Virus record (IMG/VR): IMGVR_UViG_3300020473_000013
Coordinates: 62,001-126,000 of that record
Length of the DNA: 64,000 bases
Reading direction: 5' to 3' (one strand)
Below are positions 18,906 to 26,686 of this stretch, in pieces. The position numbers and the translations under genes were made by a program. Numbering within the stretch: position 1 is the first letter of the stretch; every line of letters starts with the position of its first letter. Below the pieces are notes generated by a model. That model saw only the letters and a list, made by a program, of their open reading frames with translations, did not search any database and was not told the origin of the DNA.

Positions 18906-19523
18906 CTAGCTAGCGGTCTTCGTTACGCGGATGGGTTGAGTGCGTGACACTTTGCCTTTCACCCCGGCCACAGCTCCAAAGTCGAACGGAGGAGCATCCG
19001 TAGATCGACGACGGGGGTGGTTCCGCGAGTCCTGCTCGCTGCCGTTGATGACGGTGCCTTCAATGTACGGTTTGACGGAGTCGTCATAATCCGTGGCACG
19101 GCGTCTCCTGTGTTCGGGCCTGGACCGAATAACAGGAAGGGCAGCTTCGGGTTCGACTTCAGGATGATCGACCAGAGCAGGCACACGGCCGTTCTCCAAA
19201 TCGCCGATCAAGTCGTACAGGTCGTAACCCATGATTGTTGCGGGCATGAGAATATCCAACATCGCGCTACCCAGGCGGCGGCGCAAGTGGACTCCGTCTA
19301 ACAACAAGGATAAAAAAGAAGACAGGGTTCCATCGAAAGGCATGTCGCCTTCTGCGGTGAACACTTCATCGAACACCGTGATGGTAACCTGCTCTAAATC
19401 AAGTCCGTCCTCTGCGCATCGTTTGAGGAACGAGATTAGGACTTGCTCAAACACCACATCAGTTCCCTGCTTAGTAGGAATGTTTTTGAATTTATCGCTT
19501 GAGACTGACAGTGTATGTTTCAT
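18906..19523 (-). CDS. Hypothetical protein with two RRRxTD motifs
   Basis: ORF, RBS AGGAG. Confidence 0.65.
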   Translation of the reverse strand: MKHTLSVSSDKFKNIPTKQGTDVVFEQVLISFLKRCAEDGLDLEQVTITVFDEVFTAEGDMPFDGTLSSFLSLLLDGVHLRRRLGSAMLDILMPATIMGYDLYDLIGDLENGRVPALVDHPEVEPEAALPVIRSRPEHRRRRATDYDDSVKPYIEGTVINGSEQDSRNHPRRRSTDAPPFDFGAVAGVKGKVSRTQPIRVTKTAS

Positions 19524-19587
19524 AACCATTCTCCTGAACGGTAACAGTTTCCTTGTGCTGCCCTTTGAAAGCTATCTCCTCTGTTGC

Positions 19588-20061
19588 TCACCACGCTTTC
19601 TGGGCGTACTCGGTGAATCTCAGAATGAAGTCGTCCATCAGAGGTCGGCAAACCTCGGTCTCCGTAGACACTTCGCGGAGTACGGGCTCGCCTAGATCAT
19701 CAGGATCGTCATCCGTCGGATCGGGCGGAAGGAAAAGGATTTGAACGTCACCAACAACGTTGCCTTTGTTGACCACACGGTAGATTGTCGGACTCTGCTC
19801 CAGCAAGACGAAGCCGTGGTCATGTGCTCCGCCATGCAAGAACGAGAGGAAGTGACGCTGGAAGTGCTCCATGGAAATGTGATCGCACGGGATGTCGTCG
19901 AGGTCCAATGCGTACATATCCACAAAGTATTGCACGCCACCCGGATTCGGCATCGAGCGACGCAGCCGTTCACCCTTCGCAGCAGCGGTGAAAGGACTGG
20001 TGAAGAACTTGCCGTAGTAAGAGCCGCTATGCTCGCGTAACAGCCACACTTTATCCGTCAT
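19588..20061 (-). CDS. Hypothetical protein
   Basis: RBS AGGAGG; GTGTAAATA at 20090-20098. Confidence 0.65.
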   Translation of the reverse strand: MTDKVWLLREHSGSYYGKFFTSPFTAAAKGERLRRSMPNPGGVQYFVDMYALDLDDIPCDHISMEHFQRHFLSFLHGGAHDHGFVLLEQSPTIYRVVNKGNVVGDVQILFLPPDPTDDDPDDLGEPVLREVSTETEVCRPLMDDFILRFTEYAQKAW

Positions 20062-20103
20062 GGAAATCCTCCTGTGAGTCGTTACGCTATATTTACACTT
20101 TCG

Positions 20104-20352
20104 CTATTTGAGCTTCTCAAACTCTTTGACTGGCCGGATGTTCTCCATGAACCACTGGCCTTGAGAGTCCGCTTTGGAGAACTCGATGAACTCATCCAGA
20201 GACACGTCCTCGTAGGCATACTTGGTGCCGTTACGAAACTTGATCAGGAGTTTCTCCTTCTCGAAATTGTAGGACGCCTTGTCGATGTTGGACGACACTA
20301 CGTCCAGATGCCAGACGGGTCTGGTGCGGCTCGGCTGTTTCTTCTTTGCCAT
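20104..20352 (-). CDS. KTSC domain protein
   Basis: VVSSNIDKASYN...LLIKFRNGTKYAYEDV....F.EF.KADSQGQWF..NIR. Confidence 0.85.
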   Translation of the reverse strand: MAKKKQPSRTRPVWHLDVVSSNIDKASYNFEKEKLLIKFRNGTKYAYEDVSLDEFIEFSKADSQGQWFMENIRPVKEFEKLK

Positions 20353-20360
20353 AGGTCACC

Positions 20361-20810
20361 TCAAAAGTCGATGTTGTAGCTAGGCGATTCCTCCCACGGG
20401 ATCAAGGTGTTCAACCAATGAGGAGGGTTGGACACGATCTGAGCGTAGGTCCGAGAATCCCGCGACTTGATTACGGATTGATCCTTCATATTCACGATGT
20501 CCGACGCGGAAAACGCGAACTGCATAGGCAAAGCCGGCGAAAACTTCCCGGTCAGGTCGTTGTAACCGTTAGCCACTGCCCAGACGGTGTCTCCTTTCCA
20601 GTACCACCAGCAGTTTGTTTTGGTACAGCGCAGGTTGTGACGATCTGCATTATGCCAAGCGCGACGAAAGCTGCGCATATCGAAGCGAAGCAGGAAAGTG
20701 CCGCTAGCTGGCAGTGCGGACGGAGCGGACCCGAACGCTATAGCGGGTGCGGCAGCGGTCACTGCGGCTGCAACGGACCCTTTGAGGAATGTGCGGCGTG
20801 TGATGTTCAT
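20361..20810 (-). CDS. Protein with twin-arginine (Tat) signal peptide
   Basis: MNITRRTFLKGSVAAAVTAAAPAIA fits the S/T-R-R-x-F-L-K consensus plus h-region and AxA. Confidence 0.7.
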   Translation of the reverse strand: MNITRRTFLKGSVAAAVTAAAPAIAFGSAPSALPASGTFLLRFDMRSFRRAWHNADRHNLRCTKTNCWWYWKGDTVWAVANGYNDLTGKFSPALPMQFAFSASDIVNMKDQSVIKSRDSRTYAQIVSNPPHWLNTLIPWEESPSYNIDF

Positions 20811-21355
20811 GCGATTCTCCTTATGCGGCAGTATAGAGGCCGTTTTCTCAGGCGGCGTTGTCTGAGCGTGTCGGGCCTAGTCTCGGAGGAAGGCCACCAA
20901 TCAGGCGGAGGCCGTCTCGTCCATCGGGCGAACGTCTTATCGCCCAGATAGAAATTGCGATAGCTCTTTACAGCATTCGCGTCCTTGAACTCGTCAGGCA
21001 TGCCCAGATACGGGCGGGTAAGACCAATGTCTTCCAAGGCACTGGGCGGCTCTCGCAGCACGCTAGCCAACAGCAAACTTTCATGGACTCTACCGTAGCG
21101 GTATTCGTACTCGTCACACAGCGCTATGTATAGGCGGAACAACCATCGGTAGTTGGCGCGGCTCTCCCGTACCCATTTGGTGCACCCGTGATTCGGGTTG
21201 TAGCGTTCGCAGATGCCCTCCGGAGGAACCGATGCCAGAACGTGGTGCGTATCACTCAACATCTGGGTACTCTCAATAGGCATCTTGATCACATGCTGAT
21301 CGCACTGCATACGAGCGGCTATCGTAGGATTCCTGTGGAGGACAAAGATGTTCAC
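20807..21355 (-). CDS. Pyrimidine-dimer DNA glycosylase (DenV/endonuclease V)-like protein
   Basis: MNIF.L...P..AA.MQCDQHVIKMPIESTQMLS..H, NHGCTKWVRES..NY.WL, AVKSYRNFY..DK. Confidence 0.7.
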   Translation of the reverse strand: MNIFVLHRNPTIAARMQCDQHVIKMPIESTQMLSDTHHVLASVPPEGICERYNPNHGCTKWVRESRANYRWLFRLYIALCDEYEYRYGRVHESLLLASVLREPPSALEDIGLTRPYLGMPDEFKDANAVKSYRNFYLGDKTFARWTRRPPPDWWPSSETRPDTLRQRRLRKRPLYCRIRRIA

Positions 21356-21359
21356 GCCG

Positions 21360-21593
21360 TCACAGGTTCCGGAAGTCGTGAACGATCGGAGTCTGAGCCG
21401 CTTTATCCCGCAGGAGCTGAGCGTTCAACTCCTCCAAGAGTCTATCCTCGGCGATTGTCTTGGGTGACCGCTCGGACCGATCAAACCGATCCTTGAGTGT
21501 CGCCTCCGTTCCTTGCATAGGCATGGCTTCCATCAACCGCGCCATGAACTCATTGTCACCCATATCCTTCACTGACTTGTTACCGTTACTCAT
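21360..21593 (-). CDS. Hypothetical protein
   Basis: RBS AGGAG. Confidence 0.55.
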   Translation of the reverse strand: MSNGNKSVKDMGDNEFMARLMEAMPMQGTEATLKDRFDRSERSPKTIAEDRLLEELNAQLLRDKAAQTPIVHDFRNL

Positions 21594-21778
21594 TGATTAT
21601 CTCCTTTACGCTCATCGAGAAATACTTGACCGCAGGTGCAGGAGATATGGTGCTCTCCTGTACTCAGGGTAACTGACATGATCTGGTGGGGTGTGCGTAG
21701 GAAAATCTCGTGTGTACGCACCAGACCGTGAATGTTTGCGCGGAAGCTCGCCTTGAATCGTTGACCCAGCTTATTCAT
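21590..21778 (-). CDS. Hypothetical protein (HxxCxC motif)
   Basis: Overlapping start/stop packing. Confidence 0.5.
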   Translation of the reverse strand: MNKLGQRFKASFRANIHGLVRTHEIFLRTPHQIMSVTLSTGEHHISCTCGQVFLDERKGDNQ

Positions 21779-22439
21779 CGTAGCTCTCCTCGCGGGCTGC
21801 CTTGCGATGTTCGCGGCGCTTCACCAACTCACCTGCGTACCGAGACTTGTGATGGAAGACCAGCTTGGTCATGTCGGCGAGCACGTCATCGAAGGAGTCT
21901 ACGACTATCAGCACCACGGCACCGAGTGTCGAGACTTTGATGGCCGTCGCAATCGCATCGACTCCGATGCAGACGCCGATAGAGGCTAGCAGCCAGACGG
22001 TGGCCGCGCTCGTCACGCCGTTAACGCTTCCCTTTTTGGTGAACATGACGCCCGCGCCCAGGAAGCCGATGCCAGATACGATCTGGCCGATGATGCGGCT
22101 CGGGTCGGTGACGATGCGAGCGTCAGCGTCCGGCATGTTGCCTGTCATGTGAATGGACACGGCTACGAAGATGTAGGAGCCAAGGCACACCAGCATCGAG
22201 GTGCGCATACCAATGGGCTTACCCCGCAACTGGCGCTCCCAGCCGAGAATACCTCCACAGAATAAAGCCGCGAACACGCTACGCCAGTTGAGCGGTCCCA
22301 GGTGTGTCGCCTCGTAGATCAAACTTTCCAGCGACTGCTCAGACAACATAAGCAAGGCAACGGCCCCTGCGAACAGAGGCACGATTGCGAGGAACAACGA
22401 CGGCATGCGACGAGGCTTGATTGTAGGGAGGTCCATCAA
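21771..22439 (-). CDS. mgtC: MgtC/SapB family membrane protein
   Basis: GGILGWERQLRGKPIGMRT..LVCLGS, DPSRIIGQIVSGIGFLGAG, GVTSAATVW..ASIG. Confidence 0.9.
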   Translation of the reverse strand: MMDLPTIKPRRMPSLFLAIVPLFAGAVALLMLSEQSLESLIYEATHLGPLNWRSVFAALFCGGILGWERQLRGKPIGMRTSMLVCLGSYIFVAVSIHMTGNMPDADARIVTDPSRIIGQIVSGIGFLGAGVMFTKKGSVNGVTSAATVWLLASIGVCIGVDAIATAIKVSTLGAVVLIVVDSFDDVLADMTKLVFHHKSRYAGELVKRREHRKAAREESYDE

Positions 22440-23089
22440 AAGTTCTCCTCATCTTCCTCATCATCTTCCCCGTCGAGCCAGTCGGTGTAAGCATCGTGAT
22501 TGCGCTTGACTACCCACATGGGCCACTCGCTTGGGACAACCTCATCCACAATACGCTTCGCGATGTCCTCGAAGGACAGCTCGTTGAGGTCTAGCGTCAG
22601 GCGGACCGCCTCTTCCATGTCCTCGAGTTCGAGTCCGTCATCACTCGTAGCGAACGAGCAGGTTAGGTTCAAACATTGAGCTATCGCGGAGGCGCGAGTA
22701 GGATCGCCATACGCCTTGTTCAAGGAGTCCGTTGCGACTTCACGGTTGACGGTGTGGCGCTTCTTGCGCTTAGGGGCGGGAAGCTCATCCTCATCGTCCT
22801 CCTCCAAGGTAACTTCCTGCGCCCCTTCGGTATCTTCCCTATAGTCCAGCTCACCCTTATCCGCAATAACAGGATCGAAAGTGCTGTCTACGTTGGTCAG
22901 GTCAAAGCCTGTGTTTGCCTCGTTCAGAATCGTGCGAGCGCGCAGGCGGTCGATGCCCTGAGAAGCCATGATGCGAACCAACTCGTCCTGGAAGGCATCG
23001 AGCGCGTTCTCGGCATCCACGTCCTGAGAAATCATGACGGTACCCAGTGCGATGTAGAGGGCGCCGTGCTCTTGGTTATTGAGTTCCAT
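22436..23089 (-). CDS. Hypothetical acidic protein
   Basis: First gene after a promoter cassette; RBS AGGAG. Confidence 0.7.
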   Translation of the reverse strand: MELNNQEHGALYIALGTVMISQDVDAENALDAFQDELVRIMASQGIDRLRARTILNEANTGFDLTNVDSTFDPVIADKGELDYREDTEGAQEVTLEEDDEDELPAPKRKKRHTVNREVATDSLNKAYGDPTRASAIAQCLNLTCSFATSDDGLELEDMEEAVRLTLDLNELSFEDIAKRIVDEVVPSEWPMWVVKRNHDAYTDWLDGEDDEEDEENF

Positions 23090-23122
23090 GCCTATCTCCT
23101 TGCGTACTTTTCAATCGTAAAG

Positions 23123-23197
23123 TGAACCTGAGCAATCACCGTTACCACGTTTGTATGTGCTCGCTCAGGTTTTCGTTGCTACACGTCTATTATATCA
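23123..23197 (-). promoter_or_regulatory. Promoter/leader cassette: TGaTATAAT, 41 bp, TGGTAACGG-N7-TCAGGTTCA
   Basis: Read directly; also a 9-bp stem AACCTGAGC/GCTCAGGTT. Confidence 0.75.
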
Positions 23198-23626
23198 CGA
23201 TTTGCCGATGACCAAAACGGGCAGCTTGCGCATTTCGCTCCCCAGATACCGCTTTAGCGTCTTGTCTTCCACGTCGATGTCGCGCTCGCCTTTCCAGAAG
23301 ATGCGGTACGAGTCTGATCCGTAGCGACCAATACCCGGCAGCACCGTCGCGTCCTCTCCGTCCCACGATAGAAACGCGTGGCTCAAACTTTTCAGGCAGC
23401 GCGCTCGCATTTCGTGCAGCCCGCACGGCTGGATGATGCGCTCAATGTCGCGGACGTTGGCGTTCGCCATTGCTTGAGCATCGGGAAACATCACCAGCAA
23501 CTTCGGTAAGACTTGCCTCACCTGAACGTGGGAGGTCTGGTTGAGGAGTACGACTGCAACCATGTGCTCCCACGGTGTATCGCAGTGTTCCTGGACAAGC
23601 TGCTCTTTGGTCATCGGCAGTTTCAT
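23195..23626 (-). CDS. HhH-GPD DNA glycosylase, MBD4-like catalytic domain
   Basis: PWEHMVAVVLLNQT...V..VL.KL...FP.......A....I..II.P.GL...RA, LPGIGRYGSDSYRIF. Confidence 0.8.
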   Translation of the reverse strand: MKLPMTKEQLVQEHCDTPWEHMVAVVLLNQTSHVQVRQVLPKLLVMFPDAQAMANANVRDIERIIQPCGLHEMRARCLKSLSHAFLSWDGEDATVLPGIGRYGSDSYRIFWKGERDIDVEDKTLKRYLGSEMRKLPVLVIGKS

Positions 23627-24174
23627 GGTATGTTCACCTGCGGTAGTTGGGAAAGACGCTTCTGGTTGTAGCGTCGCCGAACGCTATCGAACGGCTTGGT
23701 CGAATCCCACGCCCACTGCAACAATCCCTGCCTCTGGCGCATACGTTTCGACTCGTCCTTCAGGACGCCCGCTTTGACGATCTGGCCTTGGTGCCTCGCG
23801 ACAAACGATACCCAGCGCGCAATCTGCCAATCATCTTCTTCTCCGAGACGGCGGCCGAGGAAGTAACGACAGTACCACTCAAACCACCCGCCCGGGTCCG
23901 TGCGAATCCAGCCTTTCTCTTGCCACGCTCTAAGCGACAAGCGGGACGTAACTCCGAACTTGTTGAGGCCGGGATCGCCCGCCTCACCTGAGCCAACAAC
24001 TTTCTCCTGTTTGTACCACGACTTAGGTAGATCACGAATAGCACGAACATAGGTTCCTTCAAACACTCCCTGCTGTATCATTTCCAACGGCGTGTATGCC
24101 GGTGCAAACTTTTCATTCCATTCTGGATAGCGCTTAGACATAAGCACCTCTGCATTAAGCAGGCGAGGAATCAC
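23623..24174 (-). CDS. Conserved hypothetical protein (Trp-rich family of unknown function)
   Basis: F.P..TP.EM...GVF.GTY, N.FGV....SL..W..KGWI..DP.GWFEWYCRY.LGRR...D..QI.RW; start may be MSKRYP at 24141. Confidence 0.7.
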   Translation of the reverse strand: MIPRLLNAEVLMSKRYPEWNEKFAPAYTPLEMIQQGVFEGTYVRAIRDLPKSWYKQEKVVGSGEAGDPGLNKFGVTSRLSLRAWQEKGWIRTDPGGWFEWYCRYFLGRRLGEEDDWQIARWVSFVARHQGQIVKAGVLKDESKRMRQRQGLLQWAWDSTKPFDSVRRRYNQKRLSQLPQVNIP

Positions 24175-24196
24175 TCCCCGCCTGGCGTGCGCTCTA

Positions 24197-24484
24197 TCAC
24201 CGCGTGTTACGCACCTTTGCTCTCCTATCCTCCACTATGATGTGAAGAGGAGCATCCGTATTATGGTACGCATTACGTATCATATCAAACTGGCTCTCGG
24301 TTATTTCCGAATGACCCATGTGGATAATGCGGGACATACCGCGGCGTATCTCCTCTTCGAGATACTCCGTCGGATGGAAGTTACCGAGAACGACGTTATG
24401 GTGCACGCCGCCTACAAGGAACAAAGCTAAAAAGAACCGCTCATTTGCCGGGTCTTTAGACGCGGCGGTACTGCGATCTGTCAT
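24197..24484 (-). CDS. Hypothetical protein
   Basis: RBS AGGAGG after a promoter cassette. Confidence 0.65.
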   Translation of the reverse strand: MTDRSTAASKDPANERFFLALFLVGGVHHNVVLGNFHPTEYLEEEIRRGMSRIIHMGHSEITESQFDMIRNAYHNTDAPLHIIVEDRRAKVRNTR

Positions 24485-24520
24485 GGCTTGCCTCCTTACC
24501 TACGTGATGTGGTCGGCAGA

Positions 24521-24595
24521 CGAACCTCAGCAATGTCCGTAACCACAGTGATATACGCACATGTAGCCTCTGATAGCTACACTCCCATTATAGCA
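24521..24595 (-). promoter_or_regulatory. Promoter/leader cassette: TGcTATAAT, 41 bp, TGGTTACGG-N7-TGAGGTTCG
   Basis: Read directly; TTGCTC-like -35; 5' hairpin GTGTAGC/GCTACAT. Confidence 0.75.
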
Positions 24596-24604
24596 TATCG
24601 CGAG

Positions 24605-24632
24605 CAAAAGAAAAAGGGCGCCGAAGCGCCCT
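24605..24632 (-). terminator. Rho-independent terminator after recA
   Basis: AGGGCGC-TTCG-GCGCCCT plus T-tract. Confidence 0.8.
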
Positions 24633-24658
24633 CTGTGGGTGGTGTACCAACTGGAATC

Positions 24659-26164
24659 TTACTCGTCGTCGTCATCGTCCGAGACGGCTTCCGCAGCTTT
24701 CTTCCGCTTGCTGGAATTGACAGCACGCTTGGCATCGACCATATACTGGTAAGCCTTGCCTTCGCGAACCTGCTTCTGGAGGAAGTTGCGGAACAAGACA
24801 GGCTTCTTGAGGCCGAGTTCACGGCACAGCTCGCGGATGTCTTCGCGCTCACCCTCGATCAAGGTCTTGAACTGGAACCAGTCGAGCGTGCAGCCTGCCA
24901 GAGGACTCTTGAAGTCTACGTAGACCTCTTTCTCCTTGCCCTTCTTCTTGTCCTTCTTGACGACGTTGAAGCCTTCGAGGAACTTGATCTTCTTCCGTGT
25001 TCCTCCCACCTGACCTGTCAGCTTGAGGTACTGGAAGGCATCCCAAGTGCGGCAGAAACCGGTGGCATCACCCTCAGCATTCTCGACAACGAGGCGCATG
25101 GTGATCGACTGGTTGGGAATACCGCCCAGCTTGTTCTTGTGCGTCCGCATCTTGATGTAGCGGTAGGTGTCGTTACCATCCGCGACGACACTCTCCTCTT
25201 CCTCCAGCATGCCCTTGCCGTGCGGGATACTGACGGACGACATACGGAGGCGGACGTCACTGTAGAACTTGAGCGCATCGCCGCAAGGCTCGGTCTCGGT
25301 AGGACCGTACATGGCCATCGGAACCTTGCGCAACTGATTGACGCCCAGCACCACGATACGCTTGGTGCGCATCATGCCTTTGACGCGCTTGAGGCCGTCG
25401 GAGAACATACGGGCTTGCAGCGCCAGCGACTTGTCACCTTCCTCCTTCTCGTCAGCAATGCCGGGAAGCATAGCCGGGTAGGAGTCGGTGAGCACGATGG
25501 CCTGGATGCTGCCGTCGGGAGCCGGTACGCGGAAGCGGTTGGTCTTGGCAAAATACTTCTTGTCGTACAGGCCCTTGAGCGCCTTCTGGTTCTCGCGGGT
25601 GTTGTCGTACACGAAGTACCACTGGCCGTTCATGCGCACCTTGTCAGGCAGCATCTTGCCGAGCTTGGCCATGTAGTTGAAGAACTTTTCACCTGTATCC
25701 GGAGCGTAGTAACGCACGCGCGGGGCTACCACCCAATCTCCGGTCTCCTCATCACGCACACCGAACACCTTCTCGACATCGGTGTTGACGCCCATGGCGC
25801 CCATGATGTTCTCGATGTAGTCCGCCTGCGAGCTGCCCTCGTAGTCGAAGTAGCTGGCCTTACCGATGAAGTCCTTCTGGGCCATGATGGAGCTGAGAAT
25901 CGTCATAGCTGTGGTAGACTTACACGATTGCTCCCCTCCGAAGCAGGTGTACCAGCCGCCTCCGAGCATTCCGCCTGCCAGAGCAACGTCGAGAGAAAGG
26001 AGACCGGTACTGAACCGAGGCTCATCCTTATCGAACGCCAAGGAGGAGAGTCGAAACTTCTTCTCCATGCCGTCGATCTCTTTGTCGATATGAGCATAGG
26101 GATTAAACTGGGGAACCTCTGCGATCTCCTGGTCCTGCTCGTCTTTCTTCTTACGCTTTGCCAT
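24659..26164 (-). CDS. recA: RecA/UvsX-like recombinase
   Basis: STGLLSLDVALAGG, Walker A GGEQSCKST, FDYEGS, VLTDS, LQARMFS..LK, GVNQLR, PCGDALKFYSDVRL; start MAKRKK (RBS GAGG). Confidence 0.9.
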   Translation of the reverse strand: MAKRKKKDEQDQEIAEVPQFNPYAHIDKEIDGMEKKFRLSSLAFDKDEPRFSTGLLSLDVALAGGMLGGGWYTCFGGEQSCKSTTAMTILSSIMAQKDFIGKASYFDYEGSSQADYIENIMGAMGVNTDVEKVFGVRDEETGDWVVAPRVRYYAPDTGEKFFNYMAKLGKMLPDKVRMNGQWYFVYDNTRENQKALKGLYDKKYFAKTNRFRVPAPDGSIQAIVLTDSYPAMLPGIADEKEEGDKSLALQARMFSDGLKRVKGMMRTKRIVVLGVNQLRKVPMAMYGPTETEPCGDALKFYSDVRLRMSSVSIPHGKGMLEEEESVVADGNDTYRYIKMRTHKNKLGGIPNQSITMRLVVENAEGDATGFCRTWDAFQYLKLTGQVGGTRKKIKFLEGFNVVKKDKKKGKEKEVYVDFKSPLAGCTLDWFQFKTLIEGEREDIRELCRELGLKKPVLFRNFLQKQVREGKAYQYMVDAKRAVNSSKRKKAAEAVSDDDDDE

Positions 26165-26303
26165 GCAAACCTCACTAAGTAAAGGAGCGAGCCACAATGC
26201 TCGCTATACAATGGCCTTGCTTGAGGCATCTAAAAGCAAGCTCTGTGCGAACTCACTTTTGGATGCACCCTACAGTGTCCAGGAAGTAGGGAGGACCGGC
26301 TGT

Positions 26304-26441
26304 TTATGTCGCCGGATGAGGGTTGCTTGCAATGGACAACACTCTTGACCTGAACGATAGTAGGGTACATTCCTGGCGTATTTCTGTCATAGCGCCCGCC
26401 AAGCAAATCGCTCCTACGAAAGCGACCGGTGCGGCGCTCAT
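26304..26441 (-). CDS. Possible small protein
   Basis: ATGA overlap with the 26438..26602 stop; 45 aa. Confidence 0.25.
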   Translation of the reverse strand: MSAAPVAFVGAICLAGAMTEIRQECTLLSFRSRVLSIASNPHPAT

Positions 26442-26602
26442 CCCGTGCGCGTCTTCTGGTCTGGCCAATCGGCCTGCGCTGGCAGATCGAGGTATGCCGC
26501 GGTATCTTGGGCAAATATCTCGAACCCGCGCGTCAACACGAGGAACACTGGCGGTCGTAGGTCCGCCTCCCAGACCAGAAGGCGAATCAAGTGCCAAAGC
26601 AT
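26438..26602 (-). CDS. Small hypothetical protein (54 aa, not in ORF track)
   Basis: Strong RBS AGGAGG before ATG: MLWHLIRLLVWEADLRPP... Confidence 0.45.
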   Translation of the reverse strand: MLWHLIRLLVWEADLRPPVFLVLTRGFEIFAQDTAAYLDLPAQADWPDQKTRTG

Positions 26603-26686
26603 CAACACGCCTCCTGTAAGCAGGGTCGCCCAATCACGTTACCCTGCGTCGCTCGGGTCAAGACACCCGAGAATTGTCAGACGGGA

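Noticed and set aside
18893-18912. GGTTCGATCC T-loop-like sequence suggesting a tRNA
   Set aside because: The T-stem does not pair, there is no cloverleaf, and it abuts a CDS stop
23123-23147. Cassette motif read as a sigma-54 promoter (TGG...TTGC) or, on the other strand, a sigma-E -35 (GAACCT)
   Set aside because: GG-to-GC spacing is 11 rather than 10 and the GC is not conserved; no sigma-E -10 at the right distance
24488-26182. Long plus-strand ORFs (also 5426..6277, 7552..8340, 10582..12108, 41749..43338, 49701..50414)
   Set aside because: Antisense shadows of well-supported minus-strand genes, caused by biased codon usage; no motifs or RBS
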